Of a DNA stretch of 64,000 nt, positions 25,261 to 36,062 are shown piece by piece. A program made the position numbers and the translations under genes. How positions within the stretch are numbered: position 1 is the first letter of the stretch; the number at the start of each line of letters is the position of its first letter. The stretch covers positions 113,522,001 through 113,586,000 of the forward strand of contig OX597816.1 of the NCBI GenBank assembly GCA_951406725.2, given 5' to 3'. The stretch is from Octopus vulgaris. Taxonomy: Eukaryota. Under the pieces are notes generated by a model. It was not told the DNA's origin, did no database searches, and saw only the letters and a program-made list of their open reading frames with translations.

Positions 25261-27477
25261 TATATATATATGCACATACATACATGCATACAAACACACA
25301 CACACAACATAAATACATTTTCATATACATACACTCATGTGTGTGTGTGTATATAAAATCTTTTCAAAACATTTATATGCAGTTTCAGTGAAATCATAAT
25401 TTGTCATGTCTCTGTATATGAAAGCAGATACACAAGATTGATGCCCGTTGCTTTCTCCAATTAGGCATAAATCCTAGAATTTTTAGCAAGCTCTTAAATG
25501 AGAACAATGTTGTACAGGAATTTCTCAAGAATATTATTAGCTTTGAAGGTTAACTGAATGTAATTTCAACCTTGAATCATAACTGGATCTTAGACCGGGC
25601 ATGCATTTTTGTATACCAGTATATAATAGTTACCACACAGCCTCTTTATGTGTTCATGTGTATGATGCTGCAGCTGCATGCTTATGTGTGTGTAAAGAAA
25701 GAGAATTTGTTTGTATGTTTCATGTGTATCTAGTATGGCATTGTACAATCCAAGAAGAAATTATATAAAATAAGAAGAATCGTAAAAAAAAAAAAAAAAA
25801 GAAAATGAATTAAAATGCACAGAAACTTTCATTGCTTCACTGCCTTTTTGGACAAATATAACAATAATTAATGCTTAAAACCTAGCTTTTGGAATTTGGG
25901 AGGAATTAATATATTTTTTTCTTTTTTATTGCTCAACAATTGATACTCTTGTATTAAGAGTATAACAGGTTCATTGAGTTTGTACTTGTTTTAATTTTAT
26001 AATTGTTTCATTCCTCCCAAAACAAAATACTGCTATTTATAATATGACACCTAAACTTTTGACACCTAAATTTTTCAAATTTTTCCCATTTTCTGCCTTT
26101 CTCTTCTCCTACATCCATGGTATTATCTTATATTCCTTTCAGTGCTTTCTTTTTTTTTAGTATTTTTTTTTTATAAATTATCATGCCCGAGTTCTTATGT
26201 TGGATAGGAATTAATGTATAAAATAAGAAAGAGAGAAAGTAAGAGTGAAAGAGAGCAAGGGAAGAAAGAAAGAGACAGGGAACAAGTAAGAGAAAAAAAA
26301 TTAGAAAAAGAAGTCAAAAACTCCATTTAATGCTGGCTGCCTTGCAGCTTCTATAGTTATATGTAATGAGGCTTCACTTCTGTTGTAGAAGTGTAGAATT
26401 AGATAGAGACACTTGTCTCTTTCCATTTTTGAGGGGTTATAATCAGCAAAGGCCAGCTGATGGCAAAGTACAGTGTGACAAGCAACATTTAATTTACAAC
26501 AAAAGTGGTTACTCTTAAGGGTTAAGAATATAAATTGTATATATGGAGAAATATTCACAACTAATTGCAGCAGTATATTTTTTAGTTTCCATAATTTTTT
26601 TTTTTTTACACTTATTTCAATGTATATGAATTCTATGTTGATGTCTCTTTATTTGTATGTGAGTCTATACGTAAATTTTCACAGCTATCAATTTATATTT
26701 TATATGAAGTTGTATATGTGTTTGTGTATGTGTATATAATTATATGTATTTGCATGTATATATGTGTGTGTGTGTGTATGAATATATATATGCACATACA
26801 TAGATACACATATATGTATGTGTGTGTGTGTATACACATGCATTTATGCTTGTGTTGTGTGTATATATGTATCTATGTAATCTGTATATGTCTGAGTGCA
26901 TATATACATATCACCCATATATGTATGTGTATATATGCAATTTTAAAAATATTGCCTGTTCAAGTTCTGTATGCATATATAAAAGTAAAACGTCTATAAA
27001 ATAATAATAATGATGACAACGGCGATGAAGATGGCAACAACAACAACAGTAAAAACTAGAACAACAACAATAGTTTCTTTTGACTTAGTACACAGTTCAG
27101 TATTTTTGAGGAGGGATAAATTGGATGTGTAACATTCATGCCATTTCTATGAACACTAGTTGTATATAGGAAGTGAAATATCTTGCCATACATGAGATGC
27201 CTTCTCTGAAATTACAATAGATTCTTAACAACCAGATGTGATTTATCTCATTTTAAAAATACCAAAGTAAAATCACAAACTTTCTTCTAATACATTAAAG
27301 TAAGCAAAAAAGAAGGAAGTGTCAAAAAGGTTTGGGATAGTGAACTGGAAAGTCATCAGGACCTGTAAAGTGAAGTTTATATCTTGTGTCTTGAGTGCAT
27401 AAACTACACACGGTGATCTCTCATAAGAGTGACAAGAAATGAAAACTAACTAAATTACATATCTTGTATCTTCTATC

Positions 27478-27808
27478 ATTTACTTGTTACAGTCATTAGA
27501 TGGAGGCCATGCTGGGGCGCAACCTTGAAGGATCTAATCAAAGAGATCAACCCCAGTAATTTTCTTTAAAGTCTGGTACTTATTTTATCAGTTGCTTTTT
27601 GCTGAACTACAACATTATGAGAATGTAAACAAACCAGCCTCGGTTGTTAAGCAGTGGTGGGGGCAAACACAAGCACAAAGACACACACACATGCATGTAC
27701 GCACGCATGCACAACAGGTTTCTTTCAGATTCTGTCTATCATGCTGTCAGACTGAACTTAGAACCATGTGGTTGGAATGCAAACTTCTTACCAAACAGCT
27801 ATGCCTGA
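27478..27808 (-). mobile_element. SINE family 1
   Basis: Reverse complement of the family 1 tail and head, internally deleted. Confidence 0.75.
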
Positions 27809-28020
27809 GCAAATGTTTACTGGAATTACAGACAAGTTTTACTGTGATGATGTAATTCATACTGGGAGTGAATCTAAGAAATGTATGATAGCCAAGATAC
27901 GACTACAGTAAAAGTGAGGGAACTATTGCTATGTTGGGAAAGGATTTTCTTATGTTTTTCATTTTCTTTGGTTTATTTTTGAATTAATACCAGGCGTCCG
28001 AAAAATGTGAAGTGAAATAC

Positions 28021-28235
28021 TGGTTTCAAATTTTGGCACAAGGACAGCAATTTCAGGATTGGGAGTGAGTTGATTAAATGAACCCCAGTGTTCAACTGGT
28101 ACTTATTTTATCGATCCTGAAAAGATGAAAGATGAAGTTGACCTTGGCAGAATTTGAACTCAGAATGTAAAGGCAGATGAAATGCCACTAAGTATTTTGC
28201 CAAGCATCTTAATGATTCTGCCTGCTCACCATCTA
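28021..28235 (-). mobile_element. SINE family 2
   Basis: ggtttcaaattttggcacaagg..actggtacttattttatcga..gatgaaag..gaatttgaactcagaa. Confidence 0.85.
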
Positions 28236-28267
28236 ATGCAAAGTGAAATATTAACATCAAATATCTG

Positions 28268-28620
28268 CTGTGGCTGAGTGGTAAGAAATTAATTTTCCAA
28301 ACCTCATGATTACAGGTTCAGTCTCACTTGGGTAAGTTCTACTATAGCTTCAGGTTGGCCAAAGTATTGTCAGTGGATTTGGTTGATTGAAACTGAAAAA
28401 AGCCTGTCTCATATGTATGCATGTGTGTATTTGTATTTGTGTTAGTCTCCCAAGCCAGTTTTGGTTTGTTTATTATCCTGTAGCTTAGTGTTTGGGCAAA
28501 AAAGATCAACAGATTAAGCCTTAAGTTAAAAAAATAAATACTGGAGTTGTTTGACTAAATCTTTCAAGGTGGTGCCCTAGCATGGCTGCAGTCTAATGAC
28601 TAAAACAAGCAAGATAAAAA
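28268..28620 (+). mobile_element. SINE family 1, decayed
   Basis: tggctgagtggtaag..ggttcagtc..gtggatttgg..cagtctaatgac. Confidence 0.75.
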
Positions 28621-29409
28621 TAAATATGTATCTTGTATGGATATTGCTTATTTACCAGGGATGTTGGGCTGGGATAATTTACTTCAAGGGATAAATTGAA
28701 CATTTAAGGTATTGGTTGTGTACTGGGCAGAAAGTAACATTGTGAACAGATGGTAAGACAAATAGATGATAAATATTAGCTTTCAGTTGATAATACACCT
28801 ATCTACTATAAAAGTAGATAAAATAAATGACTTGGAAGGTAGTGGTAAAGCCATATTTGAAATCATTAGATCTTTCAGCTATGATGATACACGATTGAGA
28901 TATATGAAGAAATGTGGTATTATAAGCCTTTTAAATTAATGTTGACATTAAAAACAAAGGAAACATTAAAATGATGATGATGTTAATGATAATAAGAGTA
29001 TTTAGTGTAAGATCATACACTTCAACATGCTGTTACACAAAGCAGCTGCATGTAGTACTTAAAAAATGATTGAAAATTTCATTTAATTTTCAGTTAATGA
29101 TATAGACTAATTCAATCATCTCACCACATCTGTTCTGAGAATTGTCATGAAGAAATGTGAATTTAGTTATTTAGTAGATGTAAATTAGTTTGAAAGATTT
29201 AATTTCACATTTTAGAAAACGAGTAAATTTACAATCATTTGATTTATTGTAGCACAATTTGGATCTTTACTAATCAGGAATTTAATTAATTAATATGTAA
29301 CATGACATCTAAATGATTTTCAAATTGGAAGATAAAACTATTTTAATCTTTTAGCTATAATTGTTATGAGTAATGCTGTGAATAAATCTGAAGTAAGCAT
29401 AGTCTCTTT

Positions 29410-29624
29410 TATCTTTATCTTTTACGTGTTTCAGTTGTTGGACTGTGGTCATGCTGGGGCACCACCTGCAAGGATTTTAGTCAAATGAATCAACCTCAGT
29501 ACTTAATATTTCCAAACCTGGTGCTTATTTTATCCGTCTCTTGTGCTGAGAGCCACCAAGTTATGGAGACATAAACAAACCAACTCTGGTTGTCAAGAAG
29601 TGGTGGGATACAAATACAAACATG

Positions 29625-29659
<35 letters not shown>

Positions 29660-29850
29660 CTCTCTCTCTCTCTCTCTCTCTCATACTTATTTATATGTGA
29701 TGGGCTTCTTTCAGTTTCTGTCCACCAGATTCACTCACAAGGCTTTGGTTCACTTGAAGCTGTAGTGGAAGACACTTGCCCAAGCTGTCATGCAGTGGGA
29801 CTGAACCCAGAACCTTGTGATTGTGAAGCAAACTTCTTACTACACAGTCA
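29410..29850 (-). mobile_element. SINE family 1, near full length
   Basis: Continuous reverse-complement match to 43209-43594 with an internal CA/CT microsatellite. Confidence 0.85.
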
Positions 29851-30327
29851 TATTTGTTTGATAAAAAAATCTTTTTTTTTCTTATTGTTGAGATTTTATA
29901 TAAATGATAAATATTTCTATGTAAACAATTAAGAGAGAGTCAGAGAAAACTGGTGGCAGGCTGTGTCAGTAAAAATTATAGAAGGAACTTCATGAGTTGA
30001 GAAAAAGTGAAAAACACTTTTTCCCCTTTAAATGTTAAGTTGATTTTTTTTTTGTGCTGATACATAATTGTATTCAAATTTATGAACTATCACAGCATTT
30101 GGCATGTTTGTTGTACATCTGACCTGCTAAAAGAAGTTGCAAATGTGACTATTATGATAAAAGCTATTCACTGGTTAAAGCATGTTATAATATCTATTGG
30201 TTAAAACTACATCTATGTTAATAGAATAATTAATGTATTCTGCTGACTTAATTCTCGTTGCTTGAGATACATATAAAACATTCAGTAGAATTTGCTTTTA
30301 TATATGAACTGAGTTTTGTCTAAATGC

Positions 30328-30381
<54 letters not shown>

Positions 30382-31090
30382 GTTTCAAATTTTGGCACAG
30401 AGCCAACAGCTTTTGAAGGGAGTGGGAAGTCAATTACATCAACTCCAGTATTTGACTGGTACATATTTTATCGATATGCTGAAAGGATGAAAGGTAAAGT
30501 CAACCTTGGCAGAATTTGAACTCAGAACGTAAAGCCAGATGAAATGCCACTAAGTTATTTTGTCCACTGTACTAACAATTTTGCCAGCTCTCTGCCTTAA
30601 TAATAATAGTAATAATAATAATAATCCTTTCTACTATAGGCACAAGGTCTGAAATCTTGGGGGAAGAGATAGTCAAATCGACCTTGAAAGGATGAGAGGC
30701 AAAGTCAACGTAAGCAGAATTTGAACTCAGAATGTGAAGATGGATGAAATACTATTAAGCATTTCACTTAGCATGCTAATGAATAATAATAATAATAATA
30801 ATACTAATGGTTCCAAATTTTTGACACAGAGCCAGTAGTTTTTGAATGGAGTACTTGACCCCAGTACTTGACTGGCAAGTATTTTATCAACCCTGAGAGG
30901 GTGAAAGACTAAGTTGGTCTCAGCAAAATTTGAACCTAGAATGTAAAGGTGGGTGAAATACCACTAATCATCATCATCGTCATCGTCATCACCACCACCA
31001 CCACCATCACCATCATCATCATCATCATCATCATCATCATTATTACTGCTACTACTACTACTACTACTACTATTAATAATAATAATAATC
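30328..31090 (-). mobile_element. Tandem cluster of three family 2 SINEs separated by (AAT)n
   Basis: Units at about 30380, 30625 and 30808, each containing aatttgaac..agaa.gt.aa. Confidence 0.85.
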
Positions 31091-32139
31091 ATAGACAAAG
31101 GACATTTTCAAAGAGTAAATTCAACTGAATTTTATTGTTTCAGTTTCTCAGTCTTCCAGAATTTATCTTCTACTTACAAGGCTAGAAGAATGTTCTTAAA
31201 GTGATTATAAAACAATGAAAGTAAAGAATAGGTTATTAAAGTTTGTTATAACTATGAAAATTCATTTTATAGTTACATACACTATGTTACAGTAATAAAA
31301 CCAATAAGATTATAGATTTATTGATAGATATTGGGTATTTTATATCTATCTAAATGATGTTTAACAAAATAAAATAAATATAAAAAATATATAAGGAAAA
31401 TATTTTCAAAAGTACAATGTATTAAATTATCACTCTACTGTAAATCAGCTCTATCTTTCTTCCTGGTTCATTTAACAAATAAAACCATTCCCCTTCTTAA
31501 AGCTTAGTTAATAAGAATTATAAAACAAAATGTATGACTATCAAAATATATATACAAGACAGTTTACCTATATGGAAGGCAAGGATCTCTAACATTAAGG
31601 ACAAGCAAATTCAATCATGCCTGTACTTCAAAATATATGAGGGATGTTTTAAGACCTTCTACATTCCGTATGTGCATGTGGGAAGAATATGATAGAAGCA
31701 AATGTTCTCCTGCAACTGTAGTAGCAGCAGAATACTTATAGCTTCGTCTTTATAGTCAATAAACTTTAATAAAAATATCAGCAAATCTTATCAGGTGGTT
31801 TCATAAACTTCTTGAACAGCAAAAATAACACACACACACACACACCACATACAGCACACACACACACACGCACACACACACACACAATTACACATGCATA
31901 TGCATACATACACACACACATTCCCTCCACTTGCATACAAACAAACAAAATGATTAGATACAAAATGAAACACTTAAGTTAGAGTTTCGTAAAACTGTGA
32001 GTAGATATTCTCTATTCTCTACATTAATTTCCAGGAAACAATTAGATTGCTCTTAAAAATTGTTTATACATACTTTCTATTAATGAATTATGTCAGTAAA
32101 AGTAAGAAAGCTGAATTTTGTCAAATAAGCAAACAGATT

Positions 32140-32387
32140 TTACGGAGGTTGACTTTGCCTTCCATCTTTTTCGGGGCCAATGAAATAAGTACTAGCGAAA
32201 GTATAAGTGAAATGCTTAGCTGTAATTTCACCAGTCGCTACATTCTGAGTTCAAATTCCACCAAGGTTGACTTTGCTTTCATTCTTTTGGGGTTGATAAA
32301 ATAAGTACCAGAAATAAGCACTTGGTGGGATATAATCGATTAGCTTCCACCGACAAAATTTCAGGTTTTGTGACTATAGTAGAAAGG

Positions 32388-32452
<65 letters not shown>

Positions 32453-32976
32453 GGTGGCAAGCTGGCAGAATTGTTGGCATGCCTGGTGAAATGCTAAGTG
32501 GTATTTCACCCATTGCTACATTCTGAGTTCAAATTTCACTGAGGTCGACTTCGCCTTTCATCCTTTCAGGGTCGATTAAATAAGTACCAGTTACACACTG
32601 GAGTTGATGTAATTGACTTAATCCCTTCCCCCAAGCTGCTCTTGTGGCAAAAATTTGAAATAATAATAATAATAATTATTATTAAGGCAGTGATCAGACA
32701 GAATTGTTAGCACGCTGGATGGAATGCTTAGCGGTATTTCACCCATTGCTACATTCTAATTTCAAACTCTGCTGGGGGCGACTTTACCTTTCATCCTTTC
32801 AGGGTCAATAAATTAAGCACCAGTGAAATGCTGGGGTTGATGTAATTGACTGGTCCCCTGCCCCAAAATTTCAGGCCTTGTGCATATAGTAGAAAGGATT
32901 CTTCTTCTTCTTCTTCTTCTTCTTCTTCTTCTTCTTCTTCTTCTTCTTCTTCTTCTCCTTGTCGTCGTCGTCGTCG

Positions 32977-33013
<37 letters not shown>

Positions 33014-33480
33014 TTTTATTATCAAGACAGTGAGCTGGCAGAATGATAAGCACACTGGGGAAAATGCTTAGTGGCATTTCGTCTTTATGTTCTGAGTTCA
33101 AATTCCGCTAAGGTTGATTTTGTCTTTCATCCCTTCAGGGTTGATAAATTAAGTACCAGTTGCATACTGAGGTTGATCTAATCGACTGGCCCCTTTCCCC
33201 CAAATTTCAGGCCTTGTGCCTATAGTAGAAAGGATTATTATTATCATTGTTAACGATGACTAGCTAGCAGGATTGTTATAGGATTATAAAAATGCCTTGT
33301 GGTATTAGATCTCATATTTTATGTTCTAAGTTCAAATACTGCTGCAGTCAACTTTGCTTTTCTTCCTTTGGGGGGGGGGGGGGCTATAAAGTACAAGTAA
33401 ATTACTGTTATTTATGGGATAGACTTACACCTTCCCATGAAAATTTGTTGGCCTTGTACTTAAATCAGAAAACATTATTG
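32140..33480 (+). mobile_element. Tandem cluster of five or more family 2 SINE units separated by trinucleotide repeats
   Basis: Repeated gctggcagaat..aaatgcttag..ttctgagttcaaatt..tttcatcctttc.gggtcgataaattaagtacc. Confidence 0.9.
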
Positions 33481-33871
33481 CCATTACCATCATGTTTTTG
33501 GTAGTTTTATGTGAGTTTTACTTCACAACCAAATGCACCTTTTTGTTCCTGACTGTTGAATTGTGAATGTTCAATTGTGTTTGTATGCTACTCATGTTTT
33601 GCATTGCTATGGGATTTCGTTTGTTGTTTATGGTTTTATTTTAGTGTTTCATCTGTTGTGTGTGTGTGTGTGTGAGATGTAATTTGAGTGAGTTGCTAGT
33701 GTTTTAACATTGGTTATCAATTAAGTAAGGGTGTGCATTGTGCTATATTGTTTGGTGGTGATGCTGAACAGTATGCATTGTGTTGTTTTAGTGGGTGGTC
33801 ATTGTATAAGCTGTTTTTGTTCAGAGGATGTACTATTTAAGTTATGCTGTTGAACTGAAAGTATTTTACAT

Positions 33872-34148
33872 AGGCACAGGAGTGACTGTGGTAAGAAGCT
33901 TGCTTCCCAACCACATAATTCTGGGTTCAGTCCCATTGCATGGCTCCTTGGGCAAGTGTCATCTACTATAGTCTCAGGCCAACCAAAGCCTTGTGAGTGG
34001 ATTTGGTAGATGGAAACTGAAAGAAGCCTGTTGTATATATGTGTGTGTGTGTTGATATCTGGAGTTGGTGTCTTTATGTCCCTGTAACTTAGCAGTTCAG
34101 CAAAAGAGACTGGTAGAATATGTACCAGGCTTAAAAAATAAAAAAAGT
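33872..34148 (+). mobile_element. SINE family 1, interrupted by a PLE fragment; tail resumes at ~34940-35015
   Basis: ggcacaggagtgactgtggtaag..gggttcagtccca; tail cagcatggccacagtctaatgactgaaaca follows the insert. Confidence 0.85.
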
Positions 34149-34190
34149 ATTTACATTCGACAGATATTTGTCCTCATCTTGTTTGTTGTT

Positions 34191-34235
34191 AACACAACGT
34201 TTCAGCTGATATACCCTCCAGTCTTCTTCAGGTGT
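34191..34235 (-). ncRNA. Minimal type I hammerhead ribozyme
   Basis: ACAC-CTGAAGA-AG(A)CTG-gagggtatat-CAGCT-GAAA-CG-TT-GTGT; palindromic AACGTT stem III. Confidence 0.78.
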
Positions 34236-34318
34236 GTTGGGGAAATTTCTAACCTGGGTTCTCATTCCTAAGGTATTTTACGATGTTATTATTATTATTA
34301 TTGTTGTTGTTAGTGTTC

Positions 34319-34390
34319 AGGTCACTGCTGGGAATCGAACTCAATCTTTGAGCTAGTAGCCTGCGCTCTTAACCGCTACACCATATGCCC
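34319..34390 (-). promoter_or_regulatory. tRNA-derived Pol III A/B box segment inside the PLE 3' region
   Basis: GGGCATA-TGGTGTAGCGG-TTAAGAGCG..GAGTTCGATTCC; the acceptor stem does not close, so not a functional tRNA. Confidence 0.65.
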
Positions 34391-35149
34391 GTGGGCAATT
34401 ATGGAGTGAATTTTAGGGCTTATAAATCTAATATTTTTCTATCCTTCCTTAATACCGGTTCCCATATGCTGCTCGTATCTGCACTCGGTCTGCTTAGGAG
34501 GTTGTTGTGTCCTAGCATATGTGCTGCTGCTTTTAGTTTTTGTATTTTTCAGTGGTGTTTTCTGTCTATTATTTTAGCTTCATCCCACAGGGGGAGGTGG
34601 TCTCCATTTTTCCATACCTGATCAGCTATACCCGATTTATCAATATCTCCTCATGTCACAGCTTTGTGATGTTTGTCTACCCTTATTTTGAGGGGTGGCA
34701 TGGTTCACCTTTGTATAACCTACCACAGCTGCATGGGATGGAGTACACGCAGTCTTTGGTCATATTCTCATCTATTGGTGGTTTTACTCGAAGGCGATAT
34801 TTGCAAAGTGTTGTATTACTCTTGAATACTGTCCTGATGTCATATGGGTCGTATATCTTTTGTATCTTTTCAGAGAGGCCTTTCACATAGGGTAGACAGA
34901 CTGTCTACCCTATGTAGGCGATTCATTCAACTAAAGTAGTCGATTCATTCATCTAAAATTCTTCAAGGCTGTGCCCCAGCATGGCCACAGTCTAATGACT
35001 GAAACAAATAAAAGAATTGCGCATCATGTTCTGAGTTCTGTAAGGATTTTATTTTTGTTTTTCCATTATACCTGAAATTATTGTATTGTGGTGTCTTTAC
35101 ATTCAACTCCCATATCCTACTTCTTTTCATTTCAAAATAGAATGCAAAT

Positions 35150-35585
35150 AATTGCAGACATGATTGTGCGATGAAGAAATTTGCTTCCCTACCACAGAGT
35201 TGGTCCCACTGCATTGCAACTTGTGCAAGCATCTTTTGCTATAGTCATGGGCTAGCCAAAGTCTTGTGAGATGATTTGGTAGATAGAAACTGAAAGAAGC
35301 CTAAAGTATATATATGTGTGTGTGTGTGTGAGTGCACACAGGCGTGTGTCTCCTTGCCATGATATCACATGATAGTTGTAAATGAGTGTTACATGTGATG
35401 TCATTTGTTACCAATCTTCAGTGAAAACATGTCTGGCCATAGAGAAATGGTACCTTGCTTAGGAACAGATGAGGATTGGTGGCAGGAAGAACATCTACAC
35501 ATAGAAAATCTGCTTCAACAAATTCCTTCTGACCCATAAAAATATGGAAATGTTGACGTTAAAATGATGATGATGATGAGGAGGA
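35150..35585 (+). mobile_element. SINE with a family 1-like head and an RTE-like tail ending in (GAT)n
   Basis: gtcttgtgag..gatttggtaga..gaaactgaaagaagcc, then ggcaggaagaacatc..gacgttaaaatgatgatg; related minus-strand tail at 58090-58320. Confidence 0.6.
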
Positions 35586-35944
35586 GGAGGATGACAATGA
35601 TGATGTTGAGAACTTGAGCATACTGAGTTACTTGTTGGCTAAATGAATGTCCACAAGTAGCATTGAAGAAATAACCGCCAATGTATTGATCAGCTGTGTC
35701 TCAATAAACCATAGCAAGTTATCTTAAAGGAAATATGATTTCATTGAAGCACATTTGCAAACAGAGTAACTGTGTTTTGTGTTTCTAAAACAGATGATTT
35801 CCTTAAATTCATGAAAGATGTTTTGATACTTGTTCAAGTATTGTTACCTGTCAAAATTAAACTGCAATTTATTATTTATTAGATTAAACATTGAAAATAA
35901 GATATGATAGCAATGTTTTATTTGAAAATTATTTAATTTTCTCC

Positions 35945-36062
35945 AGGATTATAATTACTTGTTTTGAGATTATTTCAATTTGCTTCAAGTTTATTTTAAT
36001 ATGTTTTAAGTTTAGTTTAATTTGCTTCAAGCTCATTTTAATTTGCTTTGAAATTATTTTAA
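35945..36062. repeat. Degenerate 21 bp minisatellite, ~5.5 units
   Basis: Unit approximately attttaatttgcttcaagttt. Confidence 0.75.

Larger units (their letters stand above)
34149..34915 (-). mobile_element. Penelope-like element 3' fragment: GIY-YIG plus 3' region
   Basis: LPYVKGLSEKI..TVFK..VYSIPCSCGRLYKGE on the minus strand, followed by a tRNA-like segment and an HHR. Confidence 0.88.

Noticed and set aside
32813-33101. Poly-R/S/H/D/K/L ORFs
   Set aside because: Trinucleotide microsatellite translations
32140-33480. CRISPR-like repeat/spacer appearance
   Set aside because: Units are ~200 bp SINEs and the spacers are microsatellites; eukaryotic context, no cas genes
34319-34390. Possible tRNA gene
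   Set aside because: A and B boxes present but no acceptor stem or proper cloverleaf; treated as tRNA-derived
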